The translations under genes and the position numbers were made by a program. Below the pieces are notes generated by a model. The model saw only the letters and a list, made by a program, of their open reading frames with translations, had not been told where the DNA came from and made no database searches. From Candidatus Komeilibacteria bacterium CG11_big_fil_rev_8_21_14_0_20_36_20 (lineage in GTDB: Bacteria; Patescibacteriota; Patescibacteriia; UBA1558; GWA2-36-10), in assembly GCA_002787405.1 (NCBI GenBank), contig PCWQ01000012.1, positions 76,458 through 140,457 on the forward strand: a stretch of 64,000 nt of DNA, read 5' to 3'. Numbering within the stretch: position 1 is the first letter of the stretch; each line of letters opens with the position of its first letter. Below are positions 8,531 to 18,388 of this stretch, one piece after another.

Positions 8531-9148
8531 TTAAGCTGTCTGCACGTTGAGGCACTGACGATATTTCAAAGGCTTTGGATGCATTTTAACAAACTCTAAA
8601 AGCACCTTTGGATTACCATCAATCTGAATCTCACGACTATAAATAGTAAGTGATCCATCATGATTGACTCTCAATTTCCAGTATTCATCAAACCCCACAT
8701 AGATGCCCTCTATTTCTCCAAATCTTCGACGGAACATACCACCCAGTCTCAACTTAAAATGAATGATGCCGCCATATATATCCCTATCAGGAGGCCATGG
8801 TCCTCCACAAAGAAATGGACGCTCTAAAGGACGATGATGAGTGTGGCACTTTCCTTCCTTATCAAGAAAAATATCGTATTCACGACCATTACGTATATTC
8901 CTTGGTATAAGGAAATAGCAGGTTCCGACAAAACAGAAAATTGTCAAAATCACCATCAGATGATACCAAAATTGTTTTCAAATGGGATCGGACTTTAATT
9001 CATCTCCACCAAACCATACCATTAATAAAAGAATGATGGCAACGAAAAGCCACGCTTTCACCGCGTACCAATCAATGTCTTTCCAAAGCGACAGCTTTAA
9101 TTTCATGTGTTCACTTATCTGAACACAATGGGGACAGGATTTCAACAT
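8531..9148 (-). pseudogene. Hypothetical membrane protein with an in-frame TGA at 8978-8980
   Basis: GAGGAG plus ATG at 9148 is in frame with the 8531-8956 ORF; reads ...DPI*KQFWYHLMVILT...; two hydrophobic segments. Confidence 0.65.
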
Positions 9149-9354
9149 ATGTTACTCCTCTTGATAATGTTGTACAGAACTATTTAATTAAGGTAGATTT
9201 ACCATGGATTAAAAATAGTGTCAATTTGAGATTCGAGTCTCATTGGGGTGATAGGTAGAACATTTTCCTGGGTATCGCAAAAACAAGAGGTACAAAAAAG
9301 CCGTAATTATTACGGTTTTTGAATTAAATTATATTTTCTGTGGATAAAATTCCG

Positions 9355-9439
9355 TGGTACCGGAGAAGGGACTCGAACCCCCACACCCGAAGGCACTTGG
9401 TCCTAAGCCAAGCGTGTCTACCAATTCCACCACTCCGGC
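9355..9439 (-). tRNA. tRNA-Leu(TAG)
   Basis: GCCGGAGTGGTGGAATTGGTAGACACGCTTGGCTTAGGACCAAGTGCCTTCGGGTGTGGGGGTTCGAGTCCCTTCTCCGGTACCA; long variable arm. Confidence 0.96.
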
Positions 9440-9590
9440 ACATATTATAATACAAGCATATCTATTTATAACTAAAATAATGCAAAAAGTCAATGATGAT
9501 TGACAAAAACAACTATCTATGATATTTTAAAAAATCCTTTAAATATTAAAAAGTTCCTTTAAAATCAACCTTAAAATTCAGGAGGGTAAT

Positions 9591-10419
9591 TTGAATAATC
9601 TAAAAATTGCAGTTGGCACCAGGTATTGGGGAAAAGCACCGGAAGAGATTGGGGTCTTAAAAAACTTCATCTCCCAAGCAACTCAAATCAGTGGTCTGGT
9701 TTTTGCTGCCATTAATGTAGCAGAAGACAAATCACAAGCTATAGAAAACCCCATAGCAGGAGCTGATATCTTTCCGGTGACCCCTTGGCAAAAATTCGTA
9801 CCCGCTTTGAATGCAATTGTATTCAGAGCTGTCCAAGATAGAAAACCCCATAGCAGGAGCTGATATCTTTCCGGTGACCCCTTGGCAAAAATTCGTACCC
9901 GCTTTGAATGCAATTGTATTCAGAGCTGTCCAAGCTGGTTATAGCCATCTGCTATTAGCTTCTTCTACGGTCTCCGTAACCAAAGAAATGGTTGAAACTT
10001 TATCCGGCTACATGGACTCTCATACATTAGTCGTCGGCGCCGCCTTAGAAGGTCATAACTTCAGCGAAACCCGCTTTATCTTCACCGCTAATGGCAAAGA
10101 AACTCCATGGAATACTTTAGCTCTGTGGAATTTGAAATATCTGTCAATCACTGGTTTTCTGCTGGCTGGAGATTCACCATGGAACACAGATAACGCTGGA
10201 GTCGAGGAGCTAACCACCATATCAGCCTTGCAAAACCTTTACAGAGTCAACGCAAAGCTGATCAATGTGCCTGGTGTAATCTGGGACACTTCCAACTGGG
10301 ATGATGACAGAAAGGCGATGCACGACAAAAAAATGGCCACAAAAATATCGCGGCCGGAGTCTCAACTTGGCTTCTCTTCTCTTCACCCTCCCTATGTCAA
10401 CCATATTAGGTTGACTTAA
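9591..10419 (+). pseudogene. Hypothetical protein (about 243 aa when corrected), frameshifted by a 97-bp tandem duplication
   Basis: AGGAGG plus TTG start; ORFs 9591-9863 and 9811-10419 share the duplicated peptide; removing 97 bp gives a 732-bp continuous frame. Confidence 0.75.
9741..9934 (+). repeat. Exact direct tandem duplication, 2 x 97 bp
   Basis: ATAGAAAACCCC...GCTGTCCAAG at 9741-9837 and 9838-9934. Confidence 0.95.
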
Positions 10420-10454
10420 AAAACATAATAGGCAAAGCAATTTCTTTGCCTATT

Positions 10455-11147
10455 TTATTTCTTTAAATAAAACTGCCTCTTTTTTTCATCAAATCTTTCA
10501 ATCGCATAACGTAGCATAGTGCGTGGCATTTTCTGATAATGTTTTTTTAAAAATCTTTCTTCGGTCGGCTGATCCCGCTTACCCACTTCGCGCAACATCC
10601 ATCCCACGGCTTTGTGAATCAAATCATGCTCATCATTTAAAAGTATTCCCGCGATTTTTAAAGTGTCTTTAAATTGATTTTGGCTGATAAAATAAGCCGT
10701 GGACAAAATTGCAATGCGGCGCTCCCAAAGATTTTTTGAGCGAACTAATTTATATAGAATCTTTCTATTCTTATTAAAAAAATAATGGCCCAAAATTTTA
10801 TGAGACGACAGATCAACCAGATCCCAATTATTAATATTTTTAGTATTCTTCAAATAAAAATCAACGATCTTCTTCCTAAGATTTTCATACTTATTATACT
10901 GCCCAACCAAAATCAGCAAAGCCACTAGACGATATTCATGGATTTTATAAGATAGCAGTTTTTGCAAATCAACTAAACTCAAATTTAAATAATCTTTGGC
11001 TACTTGGCGCTGCTGAGGCACGCTAATGCCTAAAAAGACATCTCCTTCGCCGTATTCGCCTTTGCCGGTCTTAAAAAAACCAGACAAGAGCTTGGCTTTG
11101 GCTGGATTCTTTAATTCTTCTAAATCTTTTTTAATTTCATTTATCAT
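10455..11147 (-). CDS. DNA alkylation repair protein (AlkD-like)
   Basis: FFKTGKGEYGEGD, NNWDLVD, LWERRIA, IHKAVGWMLREVGK, MPRTMLRYAIE. Confidence 0.9.
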   Translation of the reverse strand: MINEIKKDLEELKNPAKAKLLSGFFKTGKGEYGEGDVFLGISVPQQRQVAKDYLNLSLVDLQKLLSYKIHEYRLVALLILVGQYNKYENLRKKIVDFYLKNTKNINNWDLVDLSSHKILGHYFFNKNRKILYKLVRSKNLWERRIAILSTAYFISQNQFKDTLKIAGILLNDEHDLIHKAVGWMLREVGKRDQPTEERFLKKHYQKMPRTMLRYAIERFDEKKRQFYLKK

Positions 11148-11238
11148 GGTTTAATTTTAGCGGAAATAAATAATTTAGACAAATATAAATCCCGCCGAGT
11201 TGAACCCAACGGGATTATATGTTTGGGGTAATTCTGCT

Positions 11239-12399
11239 TTAGGCAGCTAAAGCAGAATCGCCAACAACAAAAGCATAAATACCTATGCTTAAGCCTGCCC
11301 CAAAAGTGACTACTAAGACAATGTCTCCTTTTTTTATAGTTCCATTAGCTAGGCCTCTAGAAATTAACGAACCAGTGCTGGCTCCAGAGGCATTTCCAAT
11401 AACATCCACATTTCTGTGAAATAAGATAATGTATTTATCATCTTGATCCTTATTTTTACGTTCTGTTATAAGCTGCTTAATCTTGCTGAAACTGAAATTA
11501 CTAAACGCCTCAAGAAATTTCACATTTTCCCACTGTTTTAGTAATTTGTCCATCAAGAGTTTCAATGTTTTCCCACTTGGTTGGTGGGAAATAAGGTGCT
11601 TAATGAACATCGGATCAATGCCTGCTTTTTCAAGTGCCGCAACTAATGCGTTAACCACTTCTCTGCCTACAAACTTATGTACTTTCTCGCCTACTTGTTG
11701 AAAACCAGTAGCTGCTTTAATAATAGCCTCAATATTGCCATCATAAGGTAGAGATTGAAAATCAAAAAAAAGAAAATCATCTTTATCAGCAGCGCTAAGT
11801 AATACTGCAAAGGCGGCATCACCAAACAAATTGGCTCCAAAATAATTATCAGCAGTTGTCAAGGTATTAGCTTTCTCGGCACATACTACCAAGACTTTCT
11901 TGCAAGCACCACTGCGAATTAAACTCCATCCTTGAAAAATAGCACTAGCGCCAACTGTACAGGCTTCAGTAGTGTCGTAACACATGGCATTAGACTGGCC
12001 ACCTAAATTTAATTTGATATGATCAGCTAAGCTGGGATAGCCAGGGCCAGTATTAGTGCCACCAATAATAGCATCTATATCTTCAATATTACCCTTTGCT
12101 TGTTTTAAACATTTTTTAGCAGCAATAGTACCTAATTCTGCTGTACTACCAAAAAAATATATCCGCTCCTTAATAGCTGCCTGTGCTATCCATTTTTTTA
12201 CTACTGCGTTTATTTCAGTATTAGTAAATGGTGGTTGATGTCCAAATAATTTTACCTTTGCTTCTGGAGGCATAAGGTCTGTAATAAATGTCTTTTGACT
12301 AATACTAGTAAAAAGATCACTGTCTTTTTTTTCAGTATTCGCCCACGAAACAACCTTACAAGGAACACCAGATTTAAGATTAGATACTTTACAAAACAT
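11239..12399 (-). CDS. 3-oxoacyl-ACP synthase III (FabH)-like condensing enzyme
   Basis: Catalytic Cys (EACT), His (SHQPS) and Asn (GNASGAS); LFGDAAFA; FGAGLS. Confidence 0.85.
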   Translation of the reverse strand: MFCKVSNLKSGVPCKVVSWANTEKKDSDLFTSISQKTFITDLMPPEAKVKLFGHQPPFTNTEINAVVKKWIAQAAIKERIYFFGSTAELGTIAAKKCLKQAKGNIEDIDAIIGGTNTGPGYPSLADHIKLNLGGQSNAMCYDTTEACTVGASAIFQGWSLIRSGACKKVLVVCAEKANTLTTADNYFGANLFGDAAFAVLLSAADKDDFLFFDFQSLPYDGNIEAIIKAATGFQQVGEKVHKFVGREVVNALVAALEKAGIDPMFIKHLISHQPSGKTLKLLMDKLLKQWENVKFLEAFSNFSFSKIKQLITERKNKDQDDKYIILFHRNVDVIGNASGASTGSLISRGLANGTIKKGDIVLVVTFGAGLSIGIYAFVVGDSALAA

Positions 12400-12489
12400 A
12401 ATTGTGTCCTCCTTTCAGGTTTATGTTTGATGTAATGTACAATGAAATTCAACTTGATTATGGCTAAAGAAAGAAATTTTGTCAACAAA

Positions 12490-15201
12490 CTAAACCCTCT
12501 GTTTACTTTTTTTTATTTTTACAAAATAAATCACCCCTATAATAATTCCGCCGATAATAATAAACAATAAAATATTCTTTACTTGCTTTTGGCGAGTTGG
12601 GCTGGCTACTTGATTAGTAGAAGTAGAAATATTATTATCAATATTTCCATATTCTTCATTGGTCATGGCTAGGCCTAAAACTTGAGCTACTAATAAATCT
12701 TCTTTTTGCAAAGGCAGTAATTTAAAACCGCTGTCTGTTTCTGTTAAAATTCCGCTAACAATAATTTCAGCACCTTTTTTTATTTCTAAATCTTTAATAT
12801 CAAAATCTGCATAAACTCTAATTTTCGATTCTTCATTTTCACTAGTTGCTAAATAAATATTCTTACCGCTTTTTTTAACTACTGTGCCCTGTAGAGTTAC
12901 AAATCCGCCTAGCAAATCATCTTCTAAATCTTCAACATTAATAGTTTCCGGTAAATCTAAAGCTAAAGCTAAATTATTGACAATAATATCTTCCTGCGTT
13001 TTTATTTTCACTCGCGGTAAAAATCCAGTCTGAGAAATTTGACCTCTGACATCTATTAGATCACCTTTTCTAATGTCGGGAAAATCTTTTTTTGAAAAAT
13101 AAATTTCCGCTACTTGATCATAATAGATTTCTTCCTGATCCCAATCAGTAATATAAAAACTGCGGGCTGATGATGCTACATCTTCTAGAGCAACACCTTG
13201 AATTATAACTTGATCATTTTTTTCTAGTTCTTTAATCTCGGCAATACTATAAATAATTTCTGGTTCAATTAGATTAAAATTTTCTTCTCCTGGGCTTGGT
13301 GGATTACTAACAAACCATTCACCATTTATTAAATCCCAGGCCTGCGACTGACCTTCAGGAATTTTACTATATTCCACTTCTTGCCAAATTTCTTCGGCTG
13401 GAGTAATTAGTCTAACTGAGTCTTCAGAATTATTTAAAGCCAAACCACTGTCTTGGCGATAAATTACTAAAAAATCTCCCCCTAAAATATTTTCTTCCGT
13501 AAAAATATGGGGCTTACTGCCACCATCACTATCATCAATTTGCCAACCAGCTAAACTGATATCTTTACTAGAAGCATTATATAGCTCAATCCATTCCTGA
13601 TCATCACTACCAACTGGATTAGGCATAAATTCAGAAATAATTAAATCTTGTTGTTCAAAATCAATCGGGCTAATTTTAATTTCTTCGTCTTCTTTTATCT
13701 CTTGAATATTAATTAATAATTCTGCCTCGTCTTCAAGCCCTTCAATATCTTTAACTGTTAAAATTACCAAATAATTACCAACTGCTGCATAGCTATGCTC
13801 TTCGGTTTGATCATTTCCTGTTTTTCCGTCGCCAAAATCCCAATGATATTCTAGCTCTTCCTCTTCAGGATCAAAAGAATCTTCAGCGGAAAAAATTATT
13901 TTCTCATCAATATATAAATCATCTGATTTTAAAGTTATTTTTGCTTGGGGCGGCTGATTAATCACAAAAACATTATTTTCACCGGGCGTAGGTATGGTGG
14001 TCCATAGAAAATTATTATCCTGCCGAGCATAGCTTTTATCTTCTAGGGCAGTCTCTTCATAAATTATTTGCTCTAATAATTCTTGATTGGGATTAAATAA
14101 TTTCACACTGTCTCCGCCGGTATTATTTAGTGAAATTCCAGTGATTTCTTTGCCTAAAACTAAATATTCTTGAGCTTCTAAAATTAAATCTAAACCATCA
14201 TCTTCGCTTAAAGTAAAAACTCGGGCAGAATTATCCTGCAACTGAAAGCCAACTAAATCTACGGTTTCGGGACCAAGATTATATAATTCAATCCACTCTT
14301 CGTCATCACTGCCGGCTGGATTTGGTAAAAATTCTGAAACAATAATCTGCGGCCAATAATCACTCATTAGATCTTCTGGTTCTAAAACTTCTACTAAACA
14401 AAAAACTATGTCTTCAAGCTCGCCATTAGATACAGTTAAGCTAATATTATAATTATTAATTTCCGTAAAAGCATGAGTAGCAATAGTCGAAGTACTGGTT
14501 TGGCCATCGCTAAAATCCCATAAAAAACTTAAAAGTAAATTTTGAGGATCAGTAGAATTACTAGCATCAAAATTCCCTTCTTCGTCAACAAATAAAGTCT
14601 GCGGACAATTAGCCACTGCCTGGGGCGGTAAAATTTCTGGCTCTTCAATAATACTATTGGGCAACCCAGGTGTGCCTCCCTCTATACCACTTTCTTGCCA
14701 ATTATTTTCTTCACTGTTTTGGTTAAGTTCAATTTTTTCCAAACTAAAACTATTGCCATTTGCTCCCCAAGCTGACTCATAATTAGCCAAAACCGGATAA
14801 GTGCTACCGCTGTCAAAGCTCAAGGAAATAGTTGAACTGGAATTTGATAAATTAATTACTGTATCAAAAAGCGTGCCACTAAAATCTGGATAGTCTAATA
14901 AAAATTGTTCCGCATCATCTGCTAAAACAAAAAATTCCTCTACGGCAATAGTAGTAGTACCCTGAAATAAATTTAAGCTGTGATTAGAGCCATCAAAAAA
15001 TCTCCACTCTTCTTCATTGACTAAAATATTTTCTAAGCTAGAATTATAAACTTCAATCCACTCGTGATCAGCGTCTGAACCAGGCCAGTCATACATGATT
15101 TCAGAAATCACTAAATCTGTTTCACTGGCTTTTAAATAGTCTGTTTCTAAAAAACAAAAAATTACTAAAAAGAAAAATAAATAAAAAATCGCTTTTCTCA
15201 T
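12490..15201 (-). CDS. Secreted, membrane-anchored lamin-tail-domain protein with PKD and OB-fold-like domains
   Basis: Signal peptide; three (I/V)SE..P.G.D..EWIE(L/V)YN...TPG repeats; two WDF(S/G)DG PKD motifs; C-terminal TM helix. Confidence 0.85.
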   Translation of the reverse strand: MRKAIFYLFFFLVIFCFLETDYLKASETDLVISEIMYDWPGSDADHEWIEVYNSSLENILVNEEEWRFFDGSNHSLNLFQGTTTIAVEEFFVLADDAEQFLLDYPDFSGTLFDTVINLSNSSSTISLSFDSGSTYPVLANYESAWGANGNSFSLEKIELNQNSEENNWQESGIEGGTPGLPNSIIEEPEILPPQAVANCPQTLFVDEEGNFDASNSTDPQNLLLSFLWDFSDGQTSTSTIATHAFTEINNYNISLTVSNGELEDIVFCLVEVLEPEDLMSDYWPQIIVSEFLPNPAGSDDEEWIELYNLGPETVDLVGFQLQDNSARVFTLSEDDGLDLILEAQEYLVLGKEITGISLNNTGGDSVKLFNPNQELLEQIIYEETALEDKSYARQDNNFLWTTIPTPGENNVFVINQPPQAKITLKSDDLYIDEKIIFSAEDSFDPEEEELEYHWDFGDGKTGNDQTEEHSYAAVGNYLVILTVKDIEGLEDEAELLINIQEIKEDEEIKISPIDFEQQDLIISEFMPNPVGSDDQEWIELYNASSKDISLAGWQIDDSDGGSKPHIFTEENILGGDFLVIYRQDSGLALNNSEDSVRLITPAEEIWQEVEYSKIPEGQSQAWDLINGEWFVSNPPSPGEENFNLIEPEIIYSIAEIKELEKNDQVIIQGVALEDVASSARSFYITDWDQEEIYYDQVAEIYFSKKDFPDIRKGDLIDVRGQISQTGFLPRVKIKTQEDIIVNNLALALDLPETINVEDLEDDLLGGFVTLQGTVVKKSGKNIYLATSENEESKIRVYADFDIKDLEIKKGAEIIVSGILTETDSGFKLLPLQKEDLLVAQVLGLAMTNEEYGNIDNNISTSTNQVASPTRQKQVKNILLFIIIGGIIIGVIYFVKIKKSKQRV

Positions 15202-15283
15202 CTTGTTAAATTACCTTATAAATTACTGCCTTAGGAAAGGTTTAGAGATACAGGCGAACTCTAAACCTTGTCTAAAACAACAA

Positions 15284-15694
15284 TTAATTTTCCTCTTCTA
15301 TTTGAATTTCTTCTACATCAACGTCCTCTTTGGCGGTTTCATCGCCTTTGACTTCTTTTCTGTTTTTGCCGCCAAGCATAATCAAATCAGAAGCCACAAC
15401 TTCAGTGGTGTAGCGCTTATTTTTATTCTTATCTTCCCAGGTGCGATTCTGTAAGCGTCCTTCTAGAAAAATTTTAGACCCTTTTTTCAAATAAGTGGCA
15501 ATAATCTCGGCTAACTTGCCCCAAGCCACTATTTTGTGAAAATCAGCCCGCTCTTTCTTTTCCTTGGTTTTAACATCACGCCAAGTATAATTAGTAGCCA
15601 AAGAAAATAAAGCTACTTGCTGTCCAGAAGGCAGTGTTCGGCTTTCTGGATCATTGGCTAAATTGCCAATTAGACTTACTTTGTTTAAATCCAT
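15284..15694 (-). CDS. ssb: Single-stranded DNA-binding protein
   Basis: LNKVSLIGNL..DPE, FHKIVAWGKLAE, EGRLQNRTW; short tail without the DDIPF motif. Confidence 0.93.
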   Translation of the reverse strand: MDLNKVSLIGNLANDPESRTLPSGQQVALFSLATNYTWRDVKTKEKKERADFHKIVAWGKLAEIIATYLKKGSKIFLEGRLQNRTWEDKNKNKRYTTEVVASDLIMLGGKNRKEVKGDETAKEDVDVEEIQIEEEN

Positions 15695-16040
15695 AACTCT
15701 CGCTTTCCTTTTTCTGTTTAAAAAACAGAAATTAATACTTAATCCCTATTGACAAAAACTAATATTTCTTTTATCATAAGGGCTGAGACTAACTTTGTTA
15801 GCCTCAAAATCGCTTTTCGCAAAAATCCTGCCGCAAGGCAGGGTTTTTGTTTATATCTAAAATACCCGTAAAAACGGCTATTTTTGTTAATCGCTTGCTG
15901 CCTGTTTTTAGCTAATTTATTGAAAAAATACAGCATCATATATTATTTACCAGTAATCAGCTAGGAATAATTACATAGCCGTCGCTAAACTTACGGACGG
16001 CGATATATTTTCTATAACTTAGCAAATCAAAAAACAGGTG

Positions 16041-16658
16041 TCAAGGGGATAAGTTCTTCAAAAAACTTTGGCGGTGAATGCCACAACTGCCGTTTTTAAT
16101 TAAACATTGCTGATGTAATTTAGTGCCATAGCCTTTGTGCTGCTGAAAATTATATTCCGGATATTTTTGATGATAATCACACATAATGCGATCACGATAT
16201 ACTTTGGCTAGAATTGAAGCAACGGCAATTGATAAAATTTTTCGGTCTCCCCTAATGATTGACTGCCAGGGTTGGGGATGTTTAAAATTATAGACTTTAT
16301 CTAAAAGCAAATAATCTGGTTCTATTTCTAGTTTTTTTAAAGCTCTTTTAATTACTAAAATATTAGCGCGGCTAATGCCAAGCTGATCAATTTCACGATG
16401 GCTGACCAAACCGGCTGACCAAATAACTTTTTGGCTTAATTCTGCAAAAATTTTTTCGCGATTTTTTTCAGAAAGTAATTTAGAATCTTTTATTTTTATT
16501 TTAAAAATTTGATAAGGTATTTTTTGAGATATTATCATTGAAGCAACTGCTACAATTGGGCCAGCCAAAGCTCCGCGGCCAACTTCATCAATACCAACAA
16601 TCTTTTGATAACCTTGCTTGATTAATTTTCTTTCTAAATTATAGTTTGGCTGTCTCAT
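16041..16658 (-). CDS. rnhB: Ribonuclease HII
   Basis: GIDEVGRGALAGP, KDSKLL, SIAVASILAKV.RD, HKGYGT. Confidence 0.95.
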   Translation of the reverse strand: MRQPNYNLERKLIKQGYQKIVGIDEVGRGALAGPIVAVASMIISQKIPYQIFKIKIKDSKLLSEKNREKIFAELSQKVIWSAGLVSHREIDQLGISRANILVIKRALKKLEIEPDYLLLDKVYNFKHPQPWQSIIRGDRKILSIAVASILAKVYRDRIMCDYHQKYPEYNFQQHKGYGTKLHQQCLIKNGSCGIHRQSFLKNLSP

Positions 16659-16788
16659 GGCTTTATTATAGTAAATTTAGCCTCAAATTAAAAACCGTCT
16701 TAACAAAAAACTAGAGGTTGATCAATATTTAAAAATAATGCTATACTGCCAGAATCATATTTGATCTTTTTTAAACTAAGGAGAATTT

Positions 16789-17109
16789 ATGTCATTTGGC
16801 CTGATTTATATCCTTGGGTGGTTTGTAATTTTCGGTCTTATATTCTCTGATCCCTTTTGCATATTACTGGTAATAATTACTTTGCTTCTCTGGCGATTAA
16901 GACAAAGCATGGAAAACAACCTCCAATATAAAAAAGCTCCAACAAAGCCCCTTTGTTGTCCTCAATGTGGTTCCCGAGACTATTCTGGAAAAAAAAAGAG
17001 TTTTGGCTTTACCAATCAATATGATACCAGAGGGATTAATTGGTTGTATCGCTATCAGTGTAATCGGTGTAGCAAAAAATGGCTCCGGATAAATATAAGA
17101 AGACAATAA
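16789..17109 (+). CDS. Membrane protein with C-terminal zinc ribbon
   Basis: Hydrophobic N-terminus, CPQC...CNRC, AAGGAG SD, own promoter and terminator. Confidence 0.7.
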   Translation: MSFGLIYILGWFVIFGLIFSDPFCILLVIITLLLWRLRQSMENNLQYKKAPTKPLCCPQCGSRDYSGKKKSFGFTNQYDTRGINWLYRYQCNRCSKKWLRINIRRQ

Positions 17110-17157
17110 AACGCGTGGTTAAAACAACCATGCGTTTTAAAATTTGTTTTAAATTTT

Positions 17158-18378
17158 TTATTTAGTAGCTTTGGCAATTCTTTCTAAGGCGGTAATAAAA
17201 GCAGCTGTTCTTAAATCAACTTTATATTTTTCAGCAGTTTGCCAAACGACTTGCCAAGCAGTAATCATTTTTTCTTTTAACTTCTGATTTACCTCCTCTT
17301 CGCTTAAATATTTATCTTCCAAGTTTTGTTTCCACTCAAAATAGGAAACTGTCACTCCGCCGGCATTAGCGAGCACATCCGGAATATCGACAATGCCCTT
17401 CTGCTGTAAAATTTGGTCGGCTCCAGGAGTAACCGGACCATTGGCTAATTCTAAAATAATTTTAGCTTTGATGTCATTAACATTGTCTGCGGTAATTTGA
17501 TTTTCCAAAGCAGCCGGAATAACGATATCAACATCCAAAGCAAAAAAATCTTCAATGGAAATTTCTTTAGAACCCGCAAAGCCTTGTAAGGCCTTGTTTT
17601 GCTTTTTGTATTCTATAACTTTATCAATATCAAAACCAATTGGATTATAAATCACGGATTTAGAATCAGCTAAAGCGATTATTTTATAACCAGCTTGAAA
17701 TAATAATTCCGCCATCACACTGCCAGCATTACCAAACCCCTGAATAGCGACCGTTAAATTTTCTGGCTTTAAGTTTAATTGTTTAATGGCTTCTGTTAAA
17801 ACATAAAAACCACCTTTGGCCGTGGCTTTATCTCGGCCTTGAGAGCCCCCTTGGTCTAAGGGCTTACCAGTAACTACCCCTAAAGTTTTCTGACCGACTA
17901 ATTTAGAATATTCGTCCGCCATCCAAGCCATAATCTGCGGATTAGTATAAACATCAGGGGCCGGAATATCTTTATCTGGTCCAATAATATTTTGAAAAGC
18001 TCGTACCCAGGCTCGCGATAATTGTTCAATTTCCAACTGGCTTAAAATTTTAGGATCAACCACCACGCCGCCTTTAGCGCCACCCAGAGGAATATCCACA
18101 ACCGCACATTTAATGGCCATCCACAAACTTAAAGCCTTTACCTCGTCCAAATTAACTTCGTGATGAAAACGAATACCACCTTTATACGGGCCTCTGGAAT
18201 TATCATACTGCACTCGATAAGCTAAAAATTTCTTTTCTTGACCATTATCCATCTGAACTGATAAATCGGCCTGGGCTATTTTGTCTGGCTGATTTAATTT
18301 TTTTAATATTTTTTTATCTAGATTAATGATCTCGGCAGCTGTTGTCAGCTGCTTTAAAGCATTTTGATAAGCATTCAT
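17158..18378 (-). CDS. gdhA: Glu/Leu/Phe/Val dehydrogenase (glutamate dehydrogenase)
   Basis: GPYKGGIRF, GGAKGG, DIPAPDV, QGFGNAG, PDVLANAGGVTVSYFEW. Confidence 0.93.
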   Translation of the reverse strand: MNAYQNALKQLTTAAEIINLDKKILKKLNQPDKIAQADLSVQMDNGQEKKFLAYRVQYDNSRGPYKGGIRFHHEVNLDEVKALSLWMAIKCAVVDIPLGGAKGGVVVDPKILSQLEIEQLSRAWVRAFQNIIGPDKDIPAPDVYTNPQIMAWMADEYSKLVGQKTLGVVTGKPLDQGGSQGRDKATAKGGFYVLTEAIKQLNLKPENLTVAIQGFGNAGSVMAELLFQAGYKIIALADSKSVIYNPIGFDIDKVIEYKKQNKALQGFAGSKEISIEDFFALDVDIVIPAALENQITADNVNDIKAKIILELANGPVTPGADQILQQKGIVDIPDVLANAGGVTVSYFEWKQNLEDKYLSEEEVNQKLKEKMITAWQVVWQTAEKYKVDLRTAAFITALERIAKATK

Positions 18379-18388
18379 ATTTTTAATT

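Noticed and set aside
8978-8980. Genome-wide UGA recoding (genetic code 25 or 4)
   Set aside because: Long conserved genes contain no in-frame TGA, and TGA terminates genes such as rnhB
9741-9934. Direct repeats considered as a CRISPR array or DGR template/variable pair
   Set aside because: Two adjacent identical units with no spacer, no adenine-specific mismatches, and no cas or reverse transcriptase gene in the window
15739-15939. 66-aa minus-strand ORF between ssb and rnhB
   Set aside because: It runs through terminator and promoter elements, has no SD or recognisable motif, and is probably spurious
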